From Eubacteriales bacterium (GTDB lineage: Bacteria; Bacillota; Clostridia; Oscillospirales; CAG-382): DNA of 64,000 nt. Shown piece by piece: positions 45,805 through 55,312 of the stretch; position 1 is the first letter of the stretch; each line of letters opens with the position of its first letter. The stretch is from NCBI GenBank assembly GCA_045541355.1, contig JAZQIW010000053.1, positions 13,222 through 77,221 on the forward strand, in the 5' to 3' direction. The translations under genes were made by a program, and so were the position numbers. The notes beneath the pieces were generated by a model. It worked only from the letters and a program-made list of their open reading frames with translations. It was not told the DNA's origin and searched no databases.

Positions 45805-47160
45805 TTATTCTTCAAATACAAATTCTTTATACATTCCGTAGCATTTTTCATCAACAACCGCCTCTACAACAACTCCGTTGTCCGTATACTCCGTGCTATT
45901 GACAAGGGCATTTGTATACAAAATATTGACTGCCCCCTGTTTATCAAAGGGAAACAGGAACTTAACAGTCCTTTTTGCCTTTGAAAGAATTTCATCAATC
46001 ATTTCAAGCAAATTATCAACGCCCGTGCCGTCCTTAGCAGAAATGCATACGGAATCATGAGCAAGCAAGGCTTGTCTCTCGGGTACAACCTCAAGCCTGT
46101 CGCATTTATTAAAAACATAAACAGTCGGCTTATCTGCGGCATCAAGCTGTGAAAGAATTTGCTCTGTTACCATAGTTTTTTCCTTGGCGTTTTCGTCAGA
46201 AGCATCCACAACAATAAGCACAATATCTGCATATCTGACCTCATCAAGTGTTGATTTAAAAGCCTCAACAAGCTGATGCGGAAGCCTCGAAATAAAACCG
46301 ACTGTATCCGACAAAAGAATGTTTCTGCCAGAGGGCAAAGAAAGCTTCCTGACGGTCGGATCAAGAGTTGCAAAAAGCTTATCCTCTGCAAGAATATTTG
46401 CATCAGTAAGATAATTCAAGAGAGTTGACTTTCCTGCATTGGTATAGCCTGAAATGACTGCCAACGGAACATTACTTTTCATTCTTTTACTACGCTTTAT
46501 ACCCCTGTCTTTCTCCATTTCTTCAAGGGCTCTTTTAAGTGCAAGTATTCTTCTTTGAATATGTCTCTTATCCGTCTCAAGCTTTGTCTCGCCCGGACCT
46601 CTTGCACCAATGCTTCCGCTTGTACCGCCCTGTCTTGACAAATTTATGCCGTTACCGGTCAGACGCGGTGCCGTATATTTAAGCTGTGCTATTTCAACCT
46701 GAAGCTTACCTTCCCCTGTTACGGCGTGCTTTGCGAATATATCAAGTATGAGCATTGTTCGGTCAATGACCTTAACCTTACCCTTATTTTCATTTTCAAA
46801 GCAATTATCTATTTCCTTTTCAAGGTTTCTTATTTGAGACGGAGAAAGCTCGCCGTCGATAACAACAAGAGAAACGGAGTTATCAGCACACAGCTTTCCT
46901 GCCTCAACAGCCTTTCCGTAGCCAATATACGTTGCGGCATCGGGACTTTGACGACACTGAGTAATTCTGAAAAAGCGGGAGTTTACGGCATCGTCGCCTA
47001 TTGATGTTTCTGCAAGAAGCTGCAGCTCATCAAGAGATGAATTACATTCAGATGCGTAATCATTATCGGAATATATTGCACAAAGCAAGACATTCACATT
47101 TTCTTTTATCTCGGTTTCATGCACCTTTTCATTTTTAACTGCGTTTTCATCTACAAACAT
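45805..47160 (-). CDS. hflX: GTPase HflX
   Basis: 451 aa. HflX N-domain and G1 GYTNAGKSTLLN, G3 DTVGF, G4 NKCD. Confidence 0.92.
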   Translation of the reverse strand: MFVDENAVKNEKVHETEIKENVNVLLCAIYSDNDYASECNSSLDELQLLAETSIGDDAVNSRFFRITQCRQSPDAATYIGYGKAVEAGKLCADNSVSLVVIDGELSPSQIRNLEKEIDNCFENENKGKVKVIDRTMLILDIFAKHAVTGEGKLQVEIAQLKYTAPRLTGNGINLSRQGGTSGSIGARGPGETKLETDKRHIQRRILALKRALEEMEKDRGIKRSKRMKSNVPLAVISGYTNAGKSTLLNYLTDANILAEDKLFATLDPTVRKLSLPSGRNILLSDTVGFISRLPHQLVEAFKSTLDEVRYADIVLIVVDASDENAKEKTMVTEQILSQLDAADKPTVYVFNKCDRLEVVPERQALLAHDSVCISAKDGTGVDNLLEMIDEILSKAKRTVKFLFPFDKQGAVNILYTNALVNSTEYTDNGVVVEAVVDEKCYGMYKEFVFEE

Positions 47161-47222
47161 AAATTTATCCTTTCAAGATAAAACCTTTTCCTGACGCATA
47201 TGCTATATAAAGGAGTGACAAT

Positions 47223-47522
47223 ATGAGAATATGTACACTTAGTGAGCTTAGCAAAAAGGAAGTTATTAGCTGTATGGACTGCTCAAGATTGGGATTTATA
47301 ACAGACTGCGAAATTCAGCTTGAGAACGCACAAATAGTCGCGATTATAGTTGAAGAGCAAAGCAGCTTCTTCAATTTCTTCAAGAGAAAAACAATACGAA
47401 TTCCTTGGGAATGCATCAAAAAAATCGGTGAGGATTTAATTATTGCAGACTATTTAAAACCCATACAAGAGCAGATACCTGAGCACAAAGGGAGCTTTTT
47501 AAAGAATCTTTTTAAAAGCTAA
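47223..47522 (+). CDS. YlmC/YmxH-family sporulation protein (PRC barrel)
   Basis: 99 aa: MRICTLSELSKKEVISCMDCSRLGFITDCEIQLENAQIVAIIV. Confidence 0.85.
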   Translation: MRICTLSELSKKEVISCMDCSRLGFITDCEIQLENAQIVAIIVEEQSSFFNFFKRKTIRIPWECIKKIGEDLIIADYLKPIQEQIPEHKGSFLKNLFKS

Positions 47523-47578
47523 AGGCTGTAATTGCGAAATGTAGAACAGTCACACAATCACAGCCTGATAATCAATAA

Positions 47579-48970
47579 TTAAACAGTAGTAATCTTATTC
47601 TCGGTATCGGTATTGGAATCAAGACCGTTTACGGTAAGCTTTCTTGCTTCAAAGAACTTAACTGCTACCTGATCGAAGAGTGCATAGCTGAGCACATCCT
47701 CATCCTGCATAACATACTGAGCACATTCTGCCCTGAGCTTTTCAAGCTCGGGCTTGATGTTATCTGCCGGTCTGCAGGTGATCTGCTTTTCATCGCCGAT
47801 AACCTTCTTCTTGATTTCATCGGATATAGGTTCGGGAGTCTTACCATACTCACCGCGTACAAGACCCTTAAATTCCTTTGTAACCATCTTATAGCGTTCA
47901 CCTGCTATTACATTCATAACAGCCTGTGTACCTACAATCTGAGAGGAAGGTGTAACAAGAGGAGGATTACCAACATCCTGCCTTACTCTCGGTACTTCTT
48001 CGAGAACTTCAAGAAGCTTATCGCTCTTACCTGCATTCTTAAGCTGTGAAACAAGGTTTGAAAGCATACCGCCGGGAACCTGATAAAGAAGTGCGTTAAC
48101 GTCAACCTTGAGCACCTTGGGGTCAAGAAGTCCTGACGCCAAATACTTCTCACGAAGAGCATCAAACTGCTTGGAAGCTTTATCAAGCTTTTCAAGAGAA
48201 AGACCTGTGTCGTATTCTGTACCTGCAAGAGAAGCAACAATAGGCTCTGTCGGAGGCTGGGATGTACCCATAGCAAGAGGCGACATTGCTGTGTCAATTA
48301 TATCAACGCCTGCTTCTACTGCCTTAAGAATTGTCATAGAAGCAAGACCTGCCGTATAGTGGGTATGAAGCTGAATCGGAACCTTTACGTTTTCCTTGAG
48401 AGCTTTAACAAGGCTGTAAGCTGTATAAGGCTTAAGGAGACCTGCCATGTCCTTAATACAGATTGAGTCTGCACCCATTTCTTCGAGCTGCTTTGCATAC
48501 TTTACGTAGTATTCCTCTGTAAATGTAGCACCTGTTGTATAGGAAAGAGCCGCCTGAACGTGTCCGCCTTCCTTCTTAGTTGCATTGATTGCTGTCTTAA
48601 GATTACGAACATCATTAAGAGCATCAAAAATTCTGATGATGTCAATACCGTTTGCAATAGACTTCTGAACAAAGTATTCAACAACGTCATCTGCATAATG
48701 TCTGTAACCGAGAATGTTCTGACCTCTAAAGAGCATCTGAAGCTTGGAGTTCTTAATATGGCTCCTTATTGTTCTGAGTCTCTGCCAGGGGTCTTCATTA
48801 AGGAATCTGAGGCATGAGTCGAATGTAGCGCCGCCCCATACTTCCATTGCATAATAGCCGATTTCATCGAGTGAATCGAGAATCGGAAGCATTTCTTCTG
48901 TTGTCATTCGTGTCGCAACAAGAGACTGATGCGAGTCACGAAGAGCTGTTTCCATAATTTTAACTGCCAT
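47579..48970 (-). CDS. oxaloacetate decarboxylase alpha-type / pyruvate carboxylase B-type (5S) carboxyltransferase, no biotin domain
   Basis: 463 aa. TALRDSHQSL, KDMAGLL and QLHTHYTAG metal/carbamyl-Lys motifs. Ends without an AMKM domain. Confidence 0.9.
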   Translation of the reverse strand: MAVKIMETALRDSHQSLVATRMTTEEMLPILDSLDEIGYYAMEVWGGATFDSCLRFLNEDPWQRLRTIRSHIKNSKLQMLFRGQNILGYRHYADDVVEYFVQKSIANGIDIIRIFDALNDVRNLKTAINATKKEGGHVQAALSYTTGATFTEEYYVKYAKQLEEMGADSICIKDMAGLLKPYTAYSLVKALKENVKVPIQLHTHYTAGLASMTILKAVEAGVDIIDTAMSPLAMGTSQPPTEPIVASLAGTEYDTGLSLEKLDKASKQFDALREKYLASGLLDPKVLKVDVNALLYQVPGGMLSNLVSQLKNAGKSDKLLEVLEEVPRVRQDVGNPPLVTPSSQIVGTQAVMNVIAGERYKMVTKEFKGLVRGEYGKTPEPISDEIKKKVIGDEKQITCRPADNIKPELEKLRAECAQYVMQDEDVLSYALFDQVAVKFFEARKLTVNGLDSNTDTENKITTV

Positions 48971-48998
48971 TATTATTTTCCTTTCTTAATTCAAACGA

Positions 48999-50216
48999 TT
49001 AGTGAGGAATGGATGCAAGGAATACGCCGGCTGCAACTGCAGAACCGATAACACCTGCAACATTAGGACCCATTGCGTGCATGAGAAGGAAGTTGGAGGG
49101 GTTTTCCTTCTGACCAACAGACTGTGCAACACGTGCCGCCATAGGAACAGCAGATACACCTGCAGAACCGATAAGGGGGTTGATTTTTCCGCCGGAAAGC
49201 AGACACATAAGCTTACCTAAGAAAAGACCGCCGAGAGTAGCAAATGCAAATGCAGTAAGACCAAGAACGATAATGAGAATTGTATCAAGCTTCAAGAAGC
49301 TTTCGGCATCTGCTGTTATACCAACAGATACACCGAGGAAAATTGTTACTATATTACAAAGTTCGTTCTGTGCAGTCTTTGAAAGTCTGTCAGTAACACC
49401 GCACACATTAAAGAGGTTGCCGAGCATAAGGAAACCTACAAGGGGCGCAGCATCGGGAAGAATAAGCGCAACTACCGCCGCAACAAGTACAGGGAAAACA
49501 AGCTTTTCAAGTCTGGACACCGGTCTGAGAGATGACATATCCATCTTAATCTGTCTTTCCTTCTTTGTTGTGACAAGCTTCATAAGCGGTGGCTGTATAA
49601 TAGGAATCAGTGCCATATAAGAGTATGCCGCAACAGCAATCGCACCGAGAAGATGAGGTGCAAGAGTCTTTGTAACGAGAATTGCCGTAGGACCGTCAGC
49701 ACCGCCGATAATACCGATAGAAGCAGCTTCCAAAGGTGAGAAGCCGAGCGCAATAGCACCTGTGAATGCAACATAGATACCAAACTGAGCACCTGCACCG
49801 AGAAGAAGGCTTGAGGGCTTTGCAATGAGGGGTGTAAAGTCAGTCATTGCACCGATTGCAAGGAATATAAGAGACGGATAAATACCAAGCTTTACGCCAA
49901 GGTACAAGTAGTCCATAAGACCGCCGTGCTGCCCTATTTCAGCCCAATTAATGACACTCTGTTCATTAATAAACCATTCCTTATGAAAGAGTCCCGTTCC
50001 GGGAAGATTTGCAAGAAGCATACCGAAAGCAATTGGCAAAAGAAGAAGCGGTTCAAAGCCTTTGCCGATTGCAAGATAAATCAGTATACCTGAAACTGCA
50101 AGCATTATGAGAGTTTTTACAAAAGCAATATCAATATTTCCCGTGTCTTCGTTGAAGAGCATCTGATATATACCCGTCGTTCTCCATAAGCTTATCAAGC
50201 TATCTAAAATATTCAT
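48999..50216 (-). CDS. Na+-translocating decarboxylase beta subunit (OadB/MmdB/GcdB family)
   Basis: 405 aa polytopic membrane protein with typical OadB sequence (GADGPTAI, SAGVSAVPMAARV). Confidence 0.93.
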   Translation of the reverse strand: MNILDSLISLWRTTGIYQMLFNEDTGNIDIAFVKTLIMLAVSGILIYLAIGKGFEPLLLLPIAFGMLLANLPGTGLFHKEWFINEQSVINWAEIGQHGGLMDYLYLGVKLGIYPSLIFLAIGAMTDFTPLIAKPSSLLLGAGAQFGIYVAFTGAIALGFSPLEAASIGIIGGADGPTAILVTKTLAPHLLGAIAVAAYSYMALIPIIQPPLMKLVTTKKERQIKMDMSSLRPVSRLEKLVFPVLVAAVVALILPDAAPLVGFLMLGNLFNVCGVTDRLSKTAQNELCNIVTIFLGVSVGITADAESFLKLDTILIIVLGLTAFAFATLGGLFLGKLMCLLSGGKINPLIGSAGVSAVPMAARVAQSVGQKENPSNFLLMHAMGPNVAGVIGSAVAAGVFLASIPH

Positions 50217-50245
50217 TAGAATACACCTCTGTATTTAGTTAAAAC

Positions 50246-50647
50246 TTATGCGAGAGTAAAGAGAACGTCACCGGAATTTACCGAAGCACCCTTCTGAGCA
50301 ACAACAGATGTAATCTTACCGTCTCTGGGAGCAACGATGTCGTTTTCCATCTTCATTGCTTCAAGAACGCAAAGAACATCGCCCGACTTAACAGATGCAC
50401 CGTTTTCAACATTAATCTTAAGAACAGTACCGTTAAGGGGTGCGTTGATGGGATCGCCTGCGCCGGGTGCTGCCGCAGGAGCAGCAGGAGCCGCTGCGGG
50501 AGCAGGAGCTGCCGCTACGGGTGCAGGAGCAGCCACAGGAGCTGCTGCGGGAGCCGCAACCACAGGTGCAGATGCAACCGCACCAACTTCTTCAACAACA
50601 ACGTCATAAACAACGCCATTTACTGTAACACTATATTGCTTAGCCAT
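50246..50647 (-). CDS. biotin carboxyl carrier subunit (1.3S/MmdC/GcdC-like)
   Basis: 133 aa. Ala/Pro-rich linker and biotinylation motif LEAMKMEN. Confidence 0.92.
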   Translation of the reverse strand: MAKQYSVTVNGVVYDVVVEEVGAVASAPVVAAPAAAPVAAPAPVAAAPAPAAAPAAPAAAPGAGDPINAPLNGTVLKINVENGASVKSGDVLCVLEAMKMENDIVAPRDGKITSVVAQKGASVNSGDVLFTLA

Positions 50648-50677
50648 AATTATAATCTCCTTTAAATATGTTTGATT

Positions 50678-51076
50678 TTACTTTCTCTTTTTAAATGAAA
50701 CAACTCTGAAACCGCCGCTTTCACCGTTTGCACTTCTATAAGCTCTTATTGCGGCCATTATGGCAGCAACGATACTGCCGTTATCAGCTGCAGGCGCACT
50801 TACAGGTGCAGGAGCAGCCTCCACCTTGGGTTCAACCTTCTTTTCGGGTGTCTTCTGGATGGGTTTTGCGCTGCCCTGTTTTGATCCGAATATCTTACCG
50901 AAAGCAAAAACGATAAGCATAAGAATCGCAAGAACAGAAAATACAACAGCAAAGCCGAAAAGTGAGAATGGCAGACCAAACGAAACAGCCTTACCGAGAG
51001 CTTCACTCGAGCCGGGGGCAAACTTTTCGGAATAGAAGAGCAGGTCCTCGGCTGTATTTAACATTTGTAAATTCAT
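50678..51076 (-). CDS. OadG-family decarboxylase small membrane subunit
   Basis: 132 aa. A single TM helix followed by an Ala/Pro/Lys-rich linker, in the typical position between the carboxyltransferase and the carrier. Confidence 0.75.
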   Translation of the reverse strand: MNLQMLNTAEDLLFYSEKFAPGSSEALGKAVSFGLPFSLFGFAVVFSVLAILMLIVFAFGKIFGSKQGSAKPIQKTPEKKVEPKVEAAPAPVSAPAADNGSIVAAIMAAIRAYRSANGESGGFRVVSFKKRK

Positions 51077-51097
51077 AATTACACCACCTGTTCCGGA

Positions 51098-52588
51098 TTA
51101 GAGGGATGCAAACTCGCCCTTCATGGAGAGCATTTCGAGTGCGGAAGCAATCTTTACTCTCAGCTCTTCAGCGGGGATGATATCATCAACCTGACCGCAT
51201 TCAGCAGCAAGAAGAGGTGTAGACATAAGAAGCTCCCATTCTTCCTCAAGAGCCTTTCTCTTTTCAATGGGTGCCTTTGAGCCCGCCATCTTTTCAGACC
51301 ACATCATAGCAACGCCTGCTCCGGGCTTTAATACGCCTATCTTTGCACTGTCAAGAGCAATGACCATATCTACACCAAGCTCCTTAGAGCCCATTACAGT
51401 GAATGCACTGCCGTAAGCCTTACCAACATTAACAGTAACCATAGGAACTTTAGCATTACAGTAAGCAGAAGCAAGATTTGCAGATTCGCCTGCAAGATCT
51501 CCGCCGCCCGCCTCGCACTTTGAGCTATATCCGTTAGTATCAACAAGTGTAAGAACAGAAATACCAAAGCTGTCGCAGAGATTTATAAAGGCAGATGCCT
51601 TTCTCATGCAGCCTGTGCAAAGCATTGCATCCTTTTCAGCAGGATTATTTGCAACAACGCCCGTTACAATTCCATTTACTGTCATAAAGCCCGTAACAAC
51701 AGACTTTGATTTTGAAGCATTAAGTTCAGCGAACTTGCCTCCGTCAGCAATTGAAGAAATTACTGCGTGAACATCATACTTTTCGCCGAAAACAACAGCA
51801 GCCACCTCGGGAGTTGCTCTGTTGGGGTCATCCTCAACACCTGTATAAACATTCTTATCAAGCTTGTTTGAAGGAAGATAAGAAAGAATTTCCTTAACAC
51901 TTTCAAATGCTTCAGCAGCACTCTTTGCAGTAAGAGCAACCTTACCCTTAGCAGATGCCGCATACTCAGCAGTTCCGATATTCTTATCTGCGCCCTCTGC
52001 AACAAGAACATTTGCAGGAACCTCAGTAAAGAGAGCACCATCAACCATAACTGCCAAATCTGCCATTGAAGCTATTGTTGCAGACGCACCTGCACAGCTT
52101 CCTGCTACAACGGCAATCTGAGGAACCTTTCCCTTGAGAGAAGATGCCTTCCTGATAACCTTGCCGTAGCCTGCTAGAACATCTATACCCTCTTCAAGCT
52201 TTGCACCGTTAGAATCAAAAACACTTATAACAGGTGCACCGTTTTTCTTTGCCATATCATACAGCGCAGAAATCTTATCAGCAGCAGCCTTGGAAAAAGC
52301 GCCGTTAAGTCTTGCTGCATTCTGTGCATATACGAAAGTAAGTCTACCGTCAACTGCACCATATCCGCAAACAACACCTTCATATTCAGATGTATTCGCT
52401 GTGGAAATTTCATTCGCGTAAGCCTTTACATATGCATTTGTTTCAACAAAGGTTCCCTCGTCAAAAAGCATACCGATAAGTTCATATGCCGTGAATTTTC
52501 CGGCCTTATGAAGCTTGTCGGCAGAAGACTTGTCAACAAGGAACTTTTTGGCTTTAACAAGGCTTTCGCTTCTCTTCTGTAAGTCCAT
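51098..52588 (-). CDS. acyl-CoA carboxyltransferase (12S / methylmalonyl-CoA decarboxylase alpha-like)
   Basis: 496 aa two-lobed carboxyl transferase domain protein (KAGKFTAYELIGMLFDEGTFVE...). Divergent from the textbook MmdA as I recall it. Confidence 0.8.
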   Translation of the reverse strand: MDLQKRSESLVKAKKFLVDKSSADKLHKAGKFTAYELIGMLFDEGTFVETNAYVKAYANEISTANTSEYEGVVCGYGAVDGRLTFVYAQNAARLNGAFSKAAADKISALYDMAKKNGAPVISVFDSNGAKLEEGIDVLAGYGKVIRKASSLKGKVPQIAVVAGSCAGASATIASMADLAVMVDGALFTEVPANVLVAEGADKNIGTAEYAASAKGKVALTAKSAAEAFESVKEILSYLPSNKLDKNVYTGVEDDPNRATPEVAAVVFGEKYDVHAVISSIADGGKFAELNASKSKSVVTGFMTVNGIVTGVVANNPAEKDAMLCTGCMRKASAFINLCDSFGISVLTLVDTNGYSSKCEAGGGDLAGESANLASAYCNAKVPMVTVNVGKAYGSAFTVMGSKELGVDMVIALDSAKIGVLKPGAGVAMMWSEKMAGSKAPIEKRKALEEEWELLMSTPLLAAECGQVDDIIPAEELRVKIASALEMLSMKGEFASL

Positions 52589-52661
52589 ATATTAACCTCC
52601 ATTAAATTAGTCAAAATGGTATTTATTAGAAGTTTCCCAACTTCCGCCCCATTATGTATTA

Positions 52662-52690
52662 ATTATATAGCAATGCAAATATTTTTTCAA
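52662..52690 (-). promoter_or_regulatory. sigma-A promoter of the decarboxylase operon
   Basis: Minus strand: TTGAAA (52690-52685), 17 nt, TATAAT (52667-52662). Confidence 0.6.
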
Positions 52691-52733
52691 TACCTATTTC
52701 CATTTTAGTTACATTTTAATTGTTAATTTTTTG

Positions 52734-53045
52734 TTATTCGGGAATAAATTGCAAAATAATACTGAGAACATATCTCAAAAGTCCGAAACCATTTCTAAAC
52801 ATATAGTAGTTTATAACAGCAAACACAGGGACAAGTACCCTGAACTTAATTTTAGATGTCTTATGATTAAAAACCAGCATGCCGAACATTGCACCTACCC
52901 CGCCGAAAAAAAGGCTCAGAGTTAACAGCACAGCCTCAGGTATTCGCATCTTTTTCTTTTTCGCCCACAGCTTATCAACGCCAAAGAGCAAAAATACAAA
53001 AACATTCAACATCAATACCATAGTATTTGCATTTAGATCAAACAT
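52734..53045 (-). CDS. DUF1294 membrane protein
   Basis: 103 aa: GVDKLWAKKKKMRIPEAVLL...GGVGAMFGMLVFNHKT. Confidence 0.85.
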   Translation of the reverse strand: MFDLNANTMVLMLNVFVFLLFGVDKLWAKKKKMRIPEAVLLTLSLFFGGVGAMFGMLVFNHKTSKIKFRVLVPVFAVINYYMFRNGFGLLRYVLSIILQFIPE

Positions 53046-53059
53046 TATAATCTTACCTC

Positions 53060-53098
53060 AAAAAAAACACATGGAAAGTAAAATACAATCCATGTGTT
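53060..53098 (-). terminator. intrinsic terminator after ackA
   Basis: Minus strand: ACACATGGA...TCCATGTGT, a 9-bp stem followed by T8. Confidence 0.8.
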
Positions 53099-53117
53099 AA
53101 AATAATTATATTATATC

Positions 53118-54326
53118 TTACTTAACAAGAGCGTATGTATCTCTGGCAATCATAAGTTCCTCGTTTGTGGGAATTACAAGCATACGAACCTTTGCATCGG
53201 GAGTAGAAATATCATATTCTACGCTTGTTCTCTTAGCCTTGAGATTTGTTTCTTCGTCAACCTCAACGCCCACAAACTTAAGATTAGCACCAACAACAGC
53301 TCTGTACTGGGGGTTATTTTCGCCGATACCGCCTGTGAATACGATTGCATCAATACCGCCCATAGCTGCTGCATAACCGCCGACAAACTTTGTAATCTGA
53401 TGACAAAGCATCTTTTCGATAAGCTGATATCTTTCGTTGCCTTCACGTGCACCCTCTTCTATATCTCTGTTATCGCTTGTTACTCCGCCTGTTACACCGA
53501 GAATACCTGACTTCTTATTCATCATGGTGTCGATATCCTTAGCTGTCATCCCCTCTTTTTCCATAAGGAAAGGAATAATTGCAGGGTCAATATTGCCACA
53601 GCGTGTGCCCATCATAAGACCTTCAAGAGGTGTAACACCCATTGTTGTATCAAAGCTCTTACCGTTCTTTACGGCAGTAATGGAAGAGCCGTTACCGAGG
53701 TGACAGGTAACAATATTGATTTCCTCAGGCTTCTTACCAAGCATTTCAGCAGCTCTTGCGGTAACATATCTGTGAGATGTACCGTGGAAGCCGTATCTTC
53801 TGAGCTTATATTTATCATAATATTCATAGGGAATTGCATACATATATGCAAAATCGGGCATTGTCTGATGGAAGCTTGTATCAAATACACCAATCTGGGG
53901 TACATTTTCACCCATTATTTCCTGACAAGCTCTGATTCCTGTAAGGTTTGCAGGATTGTGGAGAGGGCTGAGAACAGTACATTCCTTAAGAGCCTCTATT
54001 GTTTCTTCTGTTATTACAACAGAGCCGGAGAACTTTTCACCGCCGTGAACAACTCGATGTCCAACAGCTCCGATTTCGCTCATTGATTCGATTACACCAT
54101 GTTCCTTATCGGTAAGAGCATCAACAACGAGCTTGATACCTGCTGCATGGTCGGGAATATCAACATTCACCTTATATTCGCTGCCGTCTGCATTCTTATG
54201 CTTGAAGTTGCCGCCGTCAATTCCGATTCTGTCACACTGGCCCTTTGCAAGAAGTGCTTCGTTTGTCATATCAATAAGCTGATATTTAATGGAAGAGCTA
54301 CCTGCGTTAATAACTAATACTTTCAT
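53118..54326 (-). CDS. ackA: acetate kinase
   Basis: MKVLVINAGSSSIKYQL... ATG 54326 after AAAGGGTGA is preferred over GTG 54335. Confidence 0.96.
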   Translation of the reverse strand: MKVLVINAGSSSIKYQLIDMTNEALLAKGQCDRIGIDGGNFKHKNADGSEYKVNVDIPDHAAGIKLVVDALTDKEHGVIESMSEIGAVGHRVVHGGEKFSGSVVITEETIEALKECTVLSPLHNPANLTGIRACQEIMGENVPQIGVFDTSFHQTMPDFAYMYAIPYEYYDKYKLRRYGFHGTSHRYVTARAAEMLGKKPEEINIVTCHLGNGSSITAVKNGKSFDTTMGVTPLEGLMMGTRCGNIDPAIIPFLMEKEGMTAKDIDTMMNKKSGILGVTGGVTSDNRDIEEGAREGNERYQLIEKMLCHQITKFVGGYAAAMGGIDAIVFTGGIGENNPQYRAVVGANLKFVGVEVDEETNLKAKRTSVEYDISTPDAKVRMLVIPTNEELMIARDTYALVK

Positions 54327-54357
54327 TTTATTCACCCTTTATATAAATTATTTAATT

Positions 54358-55299
54358 TTACTTTTTAAGCGAAAGAGCCTTCTTTACCTTTTCTGCTACA
54401 ACCTCAGCTGTAAATCCGAAATCAACAAGAAGGTCTGTTGCCTTGCCACTCTTACCGTATGTATCATACACACCGTGTCTTACAACAGGACAAGGACAGC
54501 TTTCACAAACAACCTCTGCAACAGCACTTCCAAGACCGCCGATAACATTGTGTTCTTCAACAGTCAGAATGCATCCTGTTTCCTTGGCAGCCTTTATTAT
54601 GGCCTCAGCGTCAATAGGTTTAATACACGCCATATTTATATGACGAACAGAAATACCTTCATCATTAAGAAGCTTAACTGCATCTTTGACAATGGAGGTT
54701 GCAAGTCCGGTTGAGATAATGGTTACATCCTTACCGTCACAAAGCATCTGAGACTTGCCGATTTCAAACGTGAAATCATTTTCATCGAAGATTGTTTCAA
54801 CAGCAAGTCTGCCAAACCTCATATATACAGGACCTACATGCTTAATGGCAGCCTCAACACACGCCTTTGCCTCAACTGCATCAGCAGGATTTAAAATAAC
54901 CATTCCGGGTATTGTTCTCATAAGAGCAATATCCTCATTACACTGGTGGGTCGCACCGTCTTCACCGACAGAAATACCTGCGTGTGTTGCGCCGATTTTT
55001 ACATTAAGGTGCGGATAACCGATAATGTTTCTTACCTGTTCATAAGCCCTGCCTGCTGCAAACATAGCAAAAGAGCTTGCAAAAACAGTCTTACCCGTTG
55101 AGGCAATACCTGCCGCAACACCCATCATATTACCCTCGGCTATTCCGCAGTCAAAAAATCTGTTGGGAAACGCCTTTTTAAATATACCGGTCTTTGTTGC
55201 AGCTGCAAGGTCTGCATCAAGAACCACAAAATCATACTTTTCGCCAAGCTCGGCAAGAGCCTTGCCGTAAGCTTCTCTTGTTGCTATTTTTTCCGACAT
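54358..55299 (-). CDS. transketolase, C-terminal (pyrimidine-binding) subunit
   Basis: Start at ATG 55299 after AAGGAGG (MSEKIATREAYGKAL...). Split-tkt arrangement. Confidence 0.93.
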   Translation of the reverse strand: MSEKIATREAYGKALAELGEKYDFVVLDADLAAATKTGIFKKAFPNRFFDCGIAEGNMMGVAAGIASTGKTVFASSFAMFAAGRAYEQVRNIIGYPHLNVKIGATHAGISVGEDGATHQCNEDIALMRTIPGMVILNPADAVEAKACVEAAIKHVGPVYMRFGRLAVETIFDENDFTFEIGKSQMLCDGKDVTIISTGLATSIVKDAVKLLNDEGISVRHINMACIKPIDAEAIIKAAKETGCILTVEEHNVIGGLGSAVAEVVCESCPCPVVRHGVYDTYGKSGKATDLLVDFGFTAEVVAEKVKKALSLKK

Positions 55300-55312
55300 A
55301 TCTCTTACCTCC

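Noticed and set aside
47523-47578. Hairpin AGGCTGT...ACAGCCT between ylmC and the oadA-like gene as a terminator
   Set aside because: The stem is 7 bp with a loop of about 29 nt and no clean U-run, so it is too weak to annotate.
50337-50609. 90-aa plus-strand Ala/Gly-rich ORF
   Set aside because: It is the antisense shadow of the Ala/Pro linker of the biotin carrier gene.
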